Source: Rhina ancylostomus
Lineage: Eukaryota
NCBI GenBank assembly: GCA_030265395.1
Contig: JARFYF010000012.1
Span: forward strand, 31,083,323-31,147,322
Direction of reading: 5' to 3'
DNA length: 64,000 nucleotides
Under the pieces are notes generated by a model, which made no database searches, was not told the DNA's origin, and saw only the letters and a program-made list of their open reading frames with translations. Positions 39,895 through 53,049 of the stretch are shown here, one piece after another. The first letter of the stretch is position 1; each line of letters begins with the position of its first letter. The position numbers and the translations under genes were made by a program.

Positions 39895-40084
39895 GTATGC
39901 GTATAACTGTGATGAATGTCAGTGCCTACAAGTAAACACCATTCATCTCAGATTCTGCCTGTTTTCTCGCATGTGTACTGTATTATTGTGCAAAGATGAA
40001 CAGAAGGGTTTGTTGATTTCATAATTAATATTTAATTACACTGAGAATATTACAGTATCACTGCCAATAAAGTGGTTGCTATTT

Positions 40085-40330
40085 AAAAATTTATTCTTGG
40101 GATCTGAGCAACACATTTTATATTACTCATTCTGGGTTGCCCTGAGGATATTAACCACCTGGCACCTGATTAAAATCAAACATGACCAGTTAGCTTCTAC
40201 CCCTGAAGGATACAATCCAGTAGATTTTTAATACTCTTATTAAGTTGTTGAATTTGACTTTGCAATTTTTCAGAATGAGGTTCAAATCCGTGACCTCTGG
40301 GCTGTAGTATACTCAGCTACCTTACCAAGC
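40085..40330 (-). mobile_element. Decayed tRNA-derived SINE sharing its tail with the second LINE family
   Basis: ttattcttgggat...gttgccctgag tail and a ggttcaaatcc/gacctctgg head-like region; related fragments at about 51260-51430 and 63830-63940. Confidence 0.4.
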
Positions 40331-43300
40331 CAATGTGGCTGTACAGTTCCTGTGATTCCAGTAATGGAAATGAGCATCATGACAACTGTATACTTTTCAG
40401 TAAAATGGGATTTGCCAATTTATTTTGACCATTCCTCCCAGTGAATGGTTCTGGTACTTTGTACAACTCTTCTGACAATTAGGGAATATATCTTTAACTT
40501 TAGAAAAGGTAAAGCTCCCCATAACCTCTGCATAATTATTTCCGTGATAAACCTGTAATGCTTAATGGGTCAAAATTGATCTTGAGAACATAGGGACTGG
40601 AAACAGATGGCAGCATTTCAGGAATAAACTGTGCAGCAAAGACGAGCTGCAGTGGGAAATGTCCTGTTAATATAATGTTGAGAAAGGATCTAACCACAAA
40701 CTGAAGCTTATTCAGAAAATTCGGTATGGGATCACAGATGGGTATGCTACATGCGGATTACTGAGTATGAAATGGGAATGACATAGCTTATTTCTTGTAT
40801 TTTGTTTTTATATATTAAGAAGAAGCAGCGCAAAGAAACAAATACGGTACAGAAGCATGTCATCTTGGGCCAAGTGATCCATTGTGGTGTTTATGTCCCA
40901 CAGTTTACTTTTCCATATGGTTAATTCCTCTAATGTTATCCATTTGTAATCTCACTGCTTCAGGAAGTCTTACATTATCTCATTCCTCTTTATAAATTTA
41001 TTGGGTGAATGTGAGATAGACTTTGATTAAGATAATTAATATTCCTTAATACTGCACAGGTTTAAGTTGTATAGATTGTCAAGAAGTTTTCAGTGAAGAA
41101 ATGTTAATGCCCCTAAACAGTGTTTTGGAAAAGACTGTCACTTGATTCTCATCTGGTACATAACACTGCGCCACCTGGTGTATTTACAAGGGAGGAGATA
41201 CATGCCTTGGAAATGGGCTTTAATCCTTTCTTAGGTGCACTAAACGTACTGCATATAGAATATCTGGTTGGATACCCCACTAACCTATAGTGAAATTACC
41301 CAACATTACAATGGAATGAGTTCTATGGTGGTTTACACCCAGAATAATGTGCCAAAATGTGTCCTGCACAATTCAAGATGGGACCTCATCTGATTTTGTA
41401 CCACTGCAGATGCATTGTTACACACTTGAAAAAGTGGTTAGCCCTTAAAGGCAAACTCCACATGCCGTCATAGACTGGTAATGCACACTATAGCTATCAT
41501 GGAGGAGACACAAGCTGCANNNNNNNNNNNNNNNNNNNNNNNNNNNNNNNNNNNNNCTTGAGCATTCTCATAAGTGAAATGCTAGGAGGGTGATCCTATG
41601 TGCCAGAGAAAGCCAGGAGATCCACTGGGCCCATCATTATATAATCCTGAGAGGAGGTCAATCCAGCTGTCTCCTTGTGATATGAGAATCTGTAGTCGTA
41701 CAAGTGATGCACAATGAATTTCATGTCCTCACGTTGTCAGGATGAACTGCCCACACCACAGACAGTTGTAGTGAGCCACTTCAATAAAGGGATCAGGGAT
41801 TCATTCACTGTATTATGATCAATGCACGGAAGGATGTGAGCCATTATTTTCGTCATCTGGCCTCTCTCAGCTGATTACTGGTATTCATGTTGGTTTTAAA
41901 GATTGGAGTGTGGAGATGATACTTTATCTGGATTTAACAAGCTCCTTGTGAGAAATGTTGATCTTTGAGAGAGTCCATTATTGTTCCTTCAGTCAATGCC
42001 TCTCTTTTTTTTCTGTTGGGAGATAAGGTTGTTGTTGTTCTGTGAGACTTCCCCTGGGTAGTCTGTCTCGTCATCCTGCTTCTCTTGTTCCACTGCTCTT
42101 CAGGTTGGGCTCCACATATGGTGCCAATGGAGCCAACGTTCTGACAATGGACTTTGAGGTCAGGGCCAAAGACTTGGGCTCAAGCAGCAGAATATCGTAC
42201 GTCTACNNNNNNNNNNCTTTACTCACAGCAAGTTTGGTACTCGTACATCTCGTTTCAGCAAGTTGGGCATTTGTGGTAGGACTGTGAATTGGGATGAGGA
42301 GCCAGAGAAGCAGAGGGTCGCACTTATCCCCCTGGATCCATCCCTCTGGACAGTGCTGGCCCTGAAAAATGCCTGACTACTTAGTATACCTGAGAATTCC
42401 TGAAAAAAATTGACATTGACATCGGGAAAATCTGATGACCTCTGCTACCTGAACAACCTAAGGAAAAGGTCCATGTAATGAAGGGGAAACTTTTTGGACC
42501 TTGAGTGTGATCTGAAGCTGCTCAGTCAAGTTTCCCAATGTCAGCAGTGTACCTGTGAATGGACATAGTTGCAGCAGAGTATCACCATGTGCTTCCAGTT
42601 GTTCTGAGACCATTGAACAGCAGTTTTAGGTACACCCTAAATCTCTATGCTGAGAAAGGAAGAAACATGTCATAGCGACTGGTGATGTCATTAAAAATGC
42701 ATCTGATAGTGGGCTATCTGGCCAATCCAAATGAAGAAGCCTTAGTCTTATCTACTCAGGGCTCACTGACTGATCTCTCAATGACTTATTGTTGAATAGA
42801 GTTCTAACAAATACAGTATTTTAGCCAGTCCACTTTACGTAAGAATGATGAACATCAATCCTATTTTAAGACCATGAATTTAAAAGCTAGATAATGTAGC
42901 AGTTTATTTAAGTACAAGGTAAGGGAAAATGCATTTTGTCCAGAAAGAAATGTGATAAGAACCAGTGTGGCTCCAGAAATTTGAACCGGCACTTTCCAGA
43001 ATGAGTCATGTTTGCGTTGGACAAAAATTCAGCTTTAGACAAGCAGTGATGATGTCATTCCCAGTGCAGTAATGAAGCATTGCAGTGAAATTAGACCATA
43101 TTGTTCTGTCAGTGACAAACTAGTGGAGCTAGATTAGAATTCTATTAAGGCAAGCCCCATGCCTGCTTTCTATACATAGGGCCATCCCATTCACTGATCT
43201 CACTCCATGACTTCAAACCACCCGTCACTCCGTTATCAACCCAGGCTTTGGCAGCCCAACTCTCCAACGCCATTCCCATTTTGATTAACCCATGTCCCAA

Positions 43301-45045
43301 TTGTTGATCACCTGCTCTTCAACTCCCACCCCTACCTGACCACTGACATTGTCCTGACCTCCACTCCAGCCCAAATCTCTGTGCCACTCCCTCTCGGCCC
43401 AACCCTCTTATCACTTAACGCCTCCCCAAACCCCACACTCCAGCCTGACTGATCACTCAGCACTTCCCCACAACCCCCTACTCTCACCTGATCCTTCAAT
43501 CACTGAACACATCCACCCCCAACNNNNNNNNNNNNNNNNNNNNNCCCTACCCTGTCACCCTCTGATTGCTGACCACAGCCCCACCCCATTGCTCTGAATT
43601 AGACAGCCCTCCACACCTGGTCATCTTTGGCAGTCCTTCCTCCAACCCACTCTGCATCATGACCCCTTGCCTGATACTGAACAACTCCTGTGCCTGACCT
43701 TGGTTGCCACTGCACTCTCCTAACCTCCTCATGTTCTCCAATCTGATTCAACACCTACATGCTCACCCACCAGATTGGGCCTTTGACCATTGGCAATCCC
43801 TGCCCCCTGCCCTTTCTCTAGTTGACCCCTTGGACCAGGTGCCAGTCCCAAGCAGTGCATCTTTATTCATGAATGCCTGTTCGGTTTGTGGGGGGAGGGG
43901 GGGCCTTGCCAAGGTGGCTGTTGCCAAGCATTATAACAGCCCCGTAGAGCATTTGCAACACTGCACAATAATTTCTAGGTCTGAATGCAATCACTTCAGA
44001 TTAAGATTCAATTGGATTTGTTACCTATCCTTTTGAAATATTGCTTTTTCTAGGAACAGCATTGTTTCTGGTACCCATGTTATTTTCTGCTTGCAAGCAC
44101 AACAGTCATGTCTTGCAGTGGATATGAACCTTTTCTCTCAATGTGAGACAGATGCTCAGTTCTGAGCTCTTCATGAAAGGAGGTGATGAGGCACAGAGAA
44201 GAAGTTTCAAGAGAATACACAAAACTTCCTTTAAGTGCATCATGCTCACTTACTCCTTTGAACTTCTGGCTCATGAATGGTCAAAGTGAAGGAGGAGGAC
44301 TTGGAATGGTGTTGAGAATCCCAAGGCCATGCATTGGGATGACACAGAAGCTCTGCATAAGCAGCAGAAGGAGCACACAACCTGACAAACTGTCCAATCA
44401 CCTTCCCTAGCAGTCACTCCTACCCTATTAATGGAAGGTTCTGTGCCTACATTGACCTGCTTTGCCACCTCAGAACCCACAAAAATTGATAGAAGCAAGT
44501 CAACCTTGATCCCAACAGATTGCTCAAGAAGGAGAAACCTTGTGTTTTGTACCACGATAATGGAAAGACGCTATCATTAGAAGAGGATATTTCATGGAAT
44601 CAGTCATATTGGCATTGAGAAATATTCATGTTGTTTGGATTAATTCTGTTCATCTGATTGGGAGTTCATTAATTTCCAGACTTTGGTACTTTTTTGGTGA
44701 TATGAGATCTTGAATGGAATCACTAGTATTCTAATGTGGAGAGAGCATCTGTGCATCAGTTTCCATGCCAATTAGTAGTGTTGATGGATAAGGATCTGTT
44801 TGCCGAGCCTGATGGTCTATATTGGGAGAGATGGTAAATATTCAGTCACCAAGTGAAAGTAATGTTTTTTTAAGTGTTATGAATAACTTAATGTAAACAT
44901 CATAGCGATTTCATGGACACCAATATTAACTGCATTCAGATAATTAGATGACTGATTTTAAATGCGGGGCTAATGTTAGCCAAGGTAGGTGTAGGGCTAT
45001 GAAAGATGCTACACATATGCAGTTGCTTTCCTTTTAGTCTTTTTA

Positions 45046-45202
45046 GTGACCTGCCTATGCCGTCCATTGTGCCCTGAGCAAATTGGTGACCTGCCCATGC
45101 TGTCCATTGTGCCCTGAGCAAATTGGTGACCTGCCCATGCTGTCCATTGTGCCCAGAGAAAATTGGTGACCTGCCCATGCCATCCATTGTGCCCTGAGGA
45201 AA
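45046..45202. repeat. 40-bp minisatellite, about 3.9 copies
   Basis: The unit gtgacctgcccatgctgtccattgtgccctgagcaaattg starts at 45046, 45086, 45126 and 45166. Confidence 0.95.
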
Positions 45203-48200
45203 CCAGTAATCAGTGTGTCTTTCATTGTATCTGATTTGAGTTACTGATCTACCACCTGGCATTTGGAAGCATGACTTCACTGGCCATTTCAAAAACATGA
45301 GGGATTAGATCATACAGAAAAGATGGAATATAAATAAATGACAGTTTACAGAAGTGAAAAGGTTTCTTTTTCAGCTGTGTTTTGCCTTGTTTTCACTCAA
45401 TTAAATCTGAACCTGAAGGGACTTAGGATTTGCCAAATTAGGAGTTTTTTCATGTAGGACCAAAATAATGGCTATTTTGTATGACTTAATGTCTGGAATT
45501 TTTACATTAGTGCTTAGGGTTTCAGACCTGCAATAACTGGAACACTTTGGGTTTTTATTATTTGTGATGCAGAGTTGTTTCTGGTGATGCATGAGAACTA
45601 GAGGGCTTGAGATAATGTGTAAGGTGCTACTGCAATATTGGAACTACTGATTACATCCAACATGAATTCTTATCTTTTATTGCATTTTACAGATAGCTTT
45701 GTGTACCTCTTCACAGACCAATGTTTCCCAATATGTTTCTTTCACCCTGTTCCATAACATGTAAGTGAGTAGGAGCTGAATGTAATACTACAATACAGGG
45801 GTGAACACTGGTAACACAATAATCAGACTTCTTAATTCTCAAATTTTGCTCAGATAATATATTTTCAGGTGCTTCAAATTGTCTCATTTATTGTACAGCT
45901 TCTTCTGTAGGGTTCAATATTTAAACTGGACATGTTTGAAATTTATAGTCATTTAATTTCATTGTATGAGCAACAATTGATGTACAGTTTTACTAAAAGT
46001 GTAAAACAGTATGTCTCTGAAATGTTAATTTCACAATTAAATTAATCCATGTTTAATTTGATTCTGTTAGGCCAGATTTCATGAAGAAAATAATGGGATT
46101 CAAGAGAGAATTTATATTTAAGATGTGTTGTGCTGTACATTAATTCTTTGAGCATCATAATAATATAAGTAATTTTGACTAAACACTGTCTGTTATTAAG
46201 CCAAGAATATGACAAATTATATAAAAAGTGAAGGGTTCAAGTCAAATTCCGACCTGTCCTTGATGTATGCGCAAGTCTTTGCTTTTCAAGAATGTCCTCT
46301 GGCTAGATCGTTTAATCACCATATATGGAACACACAACAGAGTTGAATGCTTGTCCACGTTTTATATTTAACTATTAATGCTTATTTTAAAAAAAAGTGA
46401 CCAATTGATTTGTGTCAATTTTCAAAAATGATGTCCCATGGATAAGATAGATCCTTCTGCAGTTGTCTATCATATGCTTTCACTGTAATTCAGATTAAAC
46501 CATACTGCTTCTTTCTTTACACAAATCTTAAAAAGTCTGTGGAGGTAAAAGTCAATATACAATCAATAAATGCTCAGTACATTAAATTAGACTTCTTTCA
46601 GGCATTATGGTGAGTGTCACCTGGTTGTTAAAGAGATTAATGATCTTTGTTCTTCTAAGCCACCTTTGCATGACAACCAAATTATTTACCTTTTTTGCAC
46701 TCCCTGCCTTTGTTCAGTGCATCTCTTGAGGGAAATAGTTCCACTGAGAAACAGGTAAGCACTTTATCTTAAGGGACAAAATTTTGCAAACATTTTACCA
46801 GAAAGGAAGCTGCAGTAGAATCCAGCATCTATTTGCACCATTGTTAAGTTCTGTATACATGCTGGAAGCCATGTCTCTGTGCTCATTGACTTGTGCATTT
46901 TCCTGTTATCTAAATAAGAACTGCTAACGAGCTGGGCAGCTGAGTTAGCAAGAACTAGGGCTGTATGTTGGAAACATGTCAGCGAAGGTAGTGCACAGAT
47001 CTAATACAGGCCAAATGTTAGGACTCATTTAGTAAAAACAACTTGCCATTAATTAGATCTATTAATAAACCAGTGTCCTCAATACATTTAAAGCAGCTGA
47101 TTTTGTATATCGATTGGCATAGGACTAATAGTTCAATTTTCAGAAATTTCCTTACGAATAATGTCTTAACCATCATGTATTAATTCTGTAGAACATCAAA
47201 TATAATGTACAATTGTTGAAAGAAAAGAGCCATGATATAATTCTCATCAATCTGCCATCCTTGCAGGCCCATGGTTTTGTACGTTGTCAGGGTGCAGCAT
47301 TGCCGTTTTGGAAACTATAAACATTCATTTGCACAATGGTCACTTCATTTGTTTGGTTTTATCNNNNNNNNNNNNNNNNNNNNNNNNNNNNNNNNNATTA
47401 TCTGAAGGGCATAATTATAAGAATTGGGGATAATATTTTCTTCCACTCAGTTGCAGAACTTTCAGAGCCCTAGGTTTTCAAAGAGCTGGCTCAAGGTTGA
47501 TTAGATCAATGATGCTCAGTGCATTCTCATGGCAAAGATCAATAGGAATAAAAGAGATTTTGTAAGTGCCTACAGTACATAGATCAGATTCTGTCAATCC
47601 CCACAAATCATTGTTAAAACTTGATATCAATCTGTACATGTAAAATACATCTTGTGGGGTTGGGGGGGTGGTGGATAGAGGGTGGGAAATCAATGATAGA
47701 AATCAGCATATCAAAAGTGAGACTGGTGACTCAAAACCTGATTTTGATGAAAATTTGTCTACTGATAAAATAAATCTCAGGAACCTGATGGGATGAACTT
47801 ACTCTAAATGTTGCACAATTTGATGCTTCAATGAAATTTAAGGTATCCTACTCATAAATGCCTGGGATGTACATGTTCCATGTGCCTAAAGTCCAGTGCA
47901 GCACAATGATTAATATAGGGTTGGAAGTCACATTTACCCTGAGATAAGTCAATTCTGTCTTGTATCTCACAATAATGAATATTTATACAAGCAATGGCTA
48001 AGAAATGTTTTCATTTTATCGGCAGGAAGTGATAGGTCTGCCACCTGCTAGATTCAGCCCTGTGACATGATTCTACTAGTGTAGAAAAGTAATGAGAAGG
48101 TGGTTCACTCTTCTAATGACAAATTCCAGATGAGTACTTTAGCCCCTAAAATAAAAAGGCTTGAACTGGTGATACACAGCCTCTCAAGCTTAAGAAAGTG

Positions 48201-48957
48201 CTGGAAATTTTGTGGGACTTTTTTGTTTGTTACCAATGCTTTTCTTTGTTATCCTCTTTATCAGTAACATTTCATCATCAAATATTAAACAGTTCCTGCA
48301 GGTCTCAATCTCAGTTTTCAGAGAAGTTGGAGTAAACCAAAAATGTATATTAGCCTAGTTGCATGGACTTAATCTGATTACATTGCAGAAAAACCAGACA
48401 GTAATTACAATATTTCAGACTGTCTCCTCTTGTATTGCAAAACTGATCCTCACATAATACAGATCAGAGTTATGAGTTAATCGTTCTTCTTGATGTGATG
48501 GCTTGAACAATTACAAATATTGCCAGACCATTTCTGAAATGTGCCCCTTTACATTTAAGCAAACTTTGAGCCTGCCTCTAACAGAGGCTGCCAGCTGAAG
48601 GAAAGGTTTTGGAATAAGACCAAAAAATGCTGGAAATATCAGCAGGTTAAATGGCATCTGTGGGGAGAGAGGCAGCATCCTGAGTGATGACCTTGTATCA
48701 AAACTGGAAGAGTTTCCAGCAGCTGGTGTATTTTGCTCTGTTTTGTAAATTTATTTTTCCAAGTGCACTTTTCAATGGGGCTAGTGGGGGTGGGGAACTT
48801 CACCTTTACCTACATTGCTATTGCACATTAGTACATTATGGGCATGGCGGAGTTTGGAGGTTGGGCAATTATTTCCAGTAATATTTGTAGAATCGCAGAA
48901 TTCTTAAAGCTGAGAAAGAGGCCATTCAGTTCATTGAATCTTTTCCAATTCCAAGAA

Positions 48958-49675
48958 GAGCATCGGGTGCTCCCGATGCAGCCTCCTGTACATCGGTGAA
49001 CGCAGATTGGATGACCGCTTTGACGAGCACCTTCACTCTGTCCGCCGCAACAGTCAGGACCTCCTGGTGGCCACCCACTTCAATTCCACATCCTACTCCC
49101 ATACTGACATGTCGATCCATGGCTGTCTCTACTGTCACGTTGAGGTCAGTCGCAGGTTGGAGGAACAACACCTCATATTCCGCCTTGGGAGTCTCTAAAC
49201 TGATGGCCTCGACATTGGTTTCTCTACCTTCCAGTAACTCCACCCTTTTTCTGTCCCTCTTTCCCCCCCCCCCAACTCCTTTGTCTTCCCTTATTCTAAT
49301 GGCTCCCTTCCCCCACCTTGATGACCTNNNNNNNNNNNNNNNNNNNNNNNNNNNNNNNNNNNNNNNNNNNNNNNNNNNNNNNNNNNNNNNNNNNNNNNNN
49401 NNNNNNNNNNNNNNNNNNNNNNNNNNNNNNNNNNNNNNNNNNNNNNNNNNNNNNNNNNNNNNNNNNNNNNNNNNNNNNNNNNNNNNNNNNNNNNNNNNNN
49501 NNNNNNNNNNNNNNNNNNNNNNNNNNNNNNNNNNNNNNNNNNNNNNNNNNNNNTTCTGCCCTCTTCCTTTCCAGTCCCGATAAAGGGTCTTGGCTTGAAA
49601 CGTTGACTGTTTATTTCCCTCCATGGATGCTGCCTGACCTGCTGAGTTCCTCCAGCACTTTTTGTGTACTTCTTT
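48958..49675 (+). mobile_element. Penelope-like retroelement 3' end: GIY-YIG endonuclease remnant plus terminal repeat
   Basis: CSRCSLLYIGE-RRLDDRFDEHLHSVRRNSQDLLVATHFNSTSYSHTDMSIHG...RRLEEQHLIFRLGSL, then a pyrimidine tract, an N gap and the terminal repeat. It appears inserted into an older minus-strand CR1 tail. Confidence 0.9.
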
Positions 49676-49859
49676 CCCCCCACCCACACACTTTTCCTGT
49701 AGACATGCAAAGAATTCTCTCTAAAGTATCTAACCAGTTTCCTTTTCTATTTCTGGTGTCCTTATAGATTATTGTTTCCAGATCATAATTATTCTTCTGC
49801 ATTTTTAAAATAAAGTCTTTCCTCACATCCCTACCCTTGTATTTGTTTTAATTAATTTA

Positions 49860-50400
49860 CTTTTCAGGATTTGAGCACTGCTGACAAGGCCAACATTTGT
49901 TGCTCATCTGTAGTTGCACAAGAAGATGGTGCTGTGCCAGAGCCCTGAATGGCTGCAATTCTTCTAGTAAAGGTACTCCCACAGTGCTGTGGGAAAGGGA
50001 ATTCCAGGATTTAAACCCAGTGATGATGCAAGACCAGTGATATTTTTCCAAGAGNNNNNNNNNNNNNNNNNNNNNNNNNNNNNNNNNNNNNNNNNNNNNA
50101 TAATGCATCTGCTGCCTGAGTCTTCCTGGGTGGTAGAGGTCATGTGACTGCGAGATATGGGATATTGGAGTAGCCTAGGCAAGCTGTTGCAGTTCGTTCT
50201 GTAGATGGTACATACTGCAGCCATTATGTGATGGTAGTGGAACAAAGGAACGTTTAGGGAAGTAGAAGAGTCAACTCTTTTCCCTGGTTGTTATTGGAGC
50301 TGCACTCATCCAAACTAGTGGAGAATATTCTGTCACACTTGTGATGTGCGCGGCGGTGTAGATGATAGAAAGTAATTATGGTGTCAGGAGGTCAATAACA
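49860..50400 (-). mobile_element. CR1/L2-group LINE 3' region (second family)
   Basis: The minus frame reads GFKSWNSL; colinear with 36925-37440. Confidence 0.8.
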
Positions 50401-50614
50401 ACTATAAGATACTTAAAAGGATTTCTCTCTGGAAAATGCTGCAGGATTTTTTGTTACTTACACCATTTGATGTCTTTAATAGCTGCTCCTAAACTTTAAG
50501 GATATCTGGCATACTTTTTCCTTCAAAGGAGTTCTTAAGGCAATTTTATACTTAAGGACAAGGAGGGAAAAGGTGCTGCATGCTGTTCATTTATAAATGC
50601 TTCCACTAGGAAAC

Positions 50615-51130
50615 CATGGAGCCACAAAAAAATAAGAGCAGCAATAGGTTACATGCCATCGAGCCTTCTCCAACATTCAATGTAATCGTGGCTGATCTTC
50701 CCCAAGCCCCAGTTCCTCTTCTGTGCCTGTTCTCCATGGCCCTCAATTCCCTGATCTTTCAAAAAAAAAATTTGCTTCCACCTTAAGTACTTCCCAATAA
50801 TCTAGTCTTCATCAGCCTCTGGGTCAGAGAATTCCAGAGATTCACCACCCTCTGCGAGAAGCTCCTAGATACCTTCCTTTATAAATGACCACTTCCTTAT
50901 CTTATCACTATGTACCTTTGCTCAAGACTCTCCCACTAGTGGAAACTTCTCAACATCTACCCTGTCGTGCCCCTGTGTTTCAGTACAATCATTCTTCTAA
51001 ACTACAAAGGATACAGGTTAACTTTGTTGGCCTCTCATGATAGTACAGCCCTCATCCCAAGAATTAGCCTGTTGAATCTCTTTGGGACTGCCTCCAATGC
51101 TACTATATCTTTTAAATAAAACCATGCATA
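50615..51130 (-). mobile_element. CR1 LINE 3' fragment
   Basis: Similar to the reverse complement of 6440-6910 (cccactagtggaaac, agagaattccagagattcaccaccctc). Confidence 0.85.
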
Positions 51131-51829
51131 ATAGTCTAATAAGGCTGCCTGCAAGAATACATGTATCCACAATCCAACACTGAAGTGTGTGTCTCCCCTT
51201 TAAGGATTTGGAGGTTGCATCATACCAGTTAATGAACTTCAGGAACTTAAGTTACTTCAGGAAACTAAATCCACCATCCTTCCCCAATCTGGCCTCTGAT
51301 TGTAGATCCACTAATATGGTCTCTTTAATGACCCAGTAAGCCATTACAGAATAAACTCTGTTAAAGGGGCAATTAGTACAGGACAATAAATGCTGCCATT
51401 GCCAGAAATGTCTACATTCTTTAAACAGATGAAAAGAAAAGTTTGGAACTGAACACTCCAGGTAAACATTCATGGAGGATCAAGTGTTCAGTTACAGCAG
51501 CTATTTAAATAGATCAATGACTAGATGCACTTTGTAGACTAATTTCTACATGCTGCTGCTTCAATTGAGTAATGGTTTGGTGCTTTGTTGATTACTTTAA
51601 AATCGCCAAACTGCTGAAGAAAGTTGTCTTGATCTCAAAGCTTCTGCAACAAGCAAAACAAAAACAGAAAATGCTGGGAAAAATGAGCAGGTCAGGAGAC
51701 GTGTGGAAGGAGAAATCCGATCTGCTGAATGCTTCCAGCATTTTCTGTTTTTATTTTAGTTTTCTAGCATCTGGAGTTCTTTTCTGATTTGCGCAATAAG
51801 CAGTTGCTCTTGATCATGGGTGGATTAGA

Positions 51830-52910
51830 TCACATGCAATCCAGGGAGAGATAACTAATTGTATTTATAATTGGCTTGATGGTAGGAAGTAGAGTGTGAT
51901 GGTCAAAAGTTGTTTCTCGGACTGGAGGCCTGTGACTAGTGGTGTGCCACAGGGATCGGTGCTGGGACCTTTGTTGTTTGTTATTTATATAAATGATTTG
52001 GATGTGAATGTACAAGGCATGGTTAGTAAGTTTGCGAGTGATACTAAAATAGGTGGTGTCATAGACAGTGAAGTGAAAAATTACAAGAGGGTTTTGATTA
52101 GTTAGGTACGTGGGCCCAGGATTGGCAAGAGGCTTTCAATTCAGTTAAGTGCAAGGTGTTGCACTTTAGGAAGTGAAACCAGGGTACGACTTATACAGTG
52201 AATGATTGGGCCCTGGCAAGTGCTATGGAACAGAGAGACCTCAGAGTACAAGTACATAGTTCGCTGAAAGTGGTGTCACAGGTAAAGGCATGCTGGCCAT
52301 TCATCAGTCAGGGCACTGAATATAGGAATTGGGACATTATGTTGCAGTTGTAAAAGACATTGGTGAGATCACACTTGGAATATTGTGCACAGCTTTGGCT
52401 CCCTGTTGTATGAAAGATATCATTAAATTGAAAAGAGTGCTAAGAGGATTTAAGAGGATGCTTCCAGGATTTAGGAGGATGCTTCCAGGATTCAAGAGTC
52501 TGAGTTATGGGGAGAGGTTTGGCAGACTAGGACTTTATTCCTTGGAACATAGGAGATTGAGGGATGACTTTACAGAGGTGTATAAAATCATGAGGGATGA
52601 ACGCACATGGCCTTTTTCTCAGGGAAGGGGAACTAAAAACTAAAAGGCATGTGTTTAAGAGAGGTGATTGAAGAAGGACTTGGTCAACCTCTTCACGCAG
52701 AGCATAGTGTGTACGTGGAATGAGCTGGCAGAGGAAGCGGTTGAGGCAGGTACAATAACATTTAAAAGACATTTGGATAAGTACATGGATAAGAAGAGTT
52801 TAGAAGGATATGGGCCAAACATGAGCCAATGGGATTAGCTTGGTGGGCTCCATGGTAAGCATTGGGCCGAAGAGCCTTTCTCCATGCTGTATTACTCTGA
52901 CTATGACTCT
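51830..52910 (+). mobile_element. CR1 LINE 3' fragment, comparatively well preserved
   Basis: [29 protein letters not shown]...[11 protein letters not shown] and RLGLYSLEHRRLRDDFTEVYKIMR; tail actctgactatgactcta. A 21-bp tandem duplication lies at 52445-52486. Confidence 0.95.
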
Positions 52911-53049
52911 ATTAGTCAACATTCCATTTGGAGTGAGACTTGATGAGATGAATTAAAGAAGACGAGAAGAAGTTGCTGAATGAGGGAGATGTGAAGGGCC
53001 CTCAGAGGTTGGCCATATCTACTCAGCTTTCATGGAATAATTTTCTTGA

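Noticed and set aside
44040-44560. NFWL...EGGGLG fragment resembling a LINE ORF2 C-terminus
   Set aside because: A single short motif is not enough to assign a family.
45046-45202. CRISPR-like regular repeats
   Set aside because: The units abut with no unique spacers, there are no cas genes and the context is vertebrate; it is a minisatellite. ORF 44936-45298 is a by-product of it.
45693-45764. Exon-like unit (ttttacAG ... GTAAGT/GTGAGT)
   Set aside because: It has a TAA in the PLCE1 frame and no other support; such pseudoexons are expected by chance in 43 kb.
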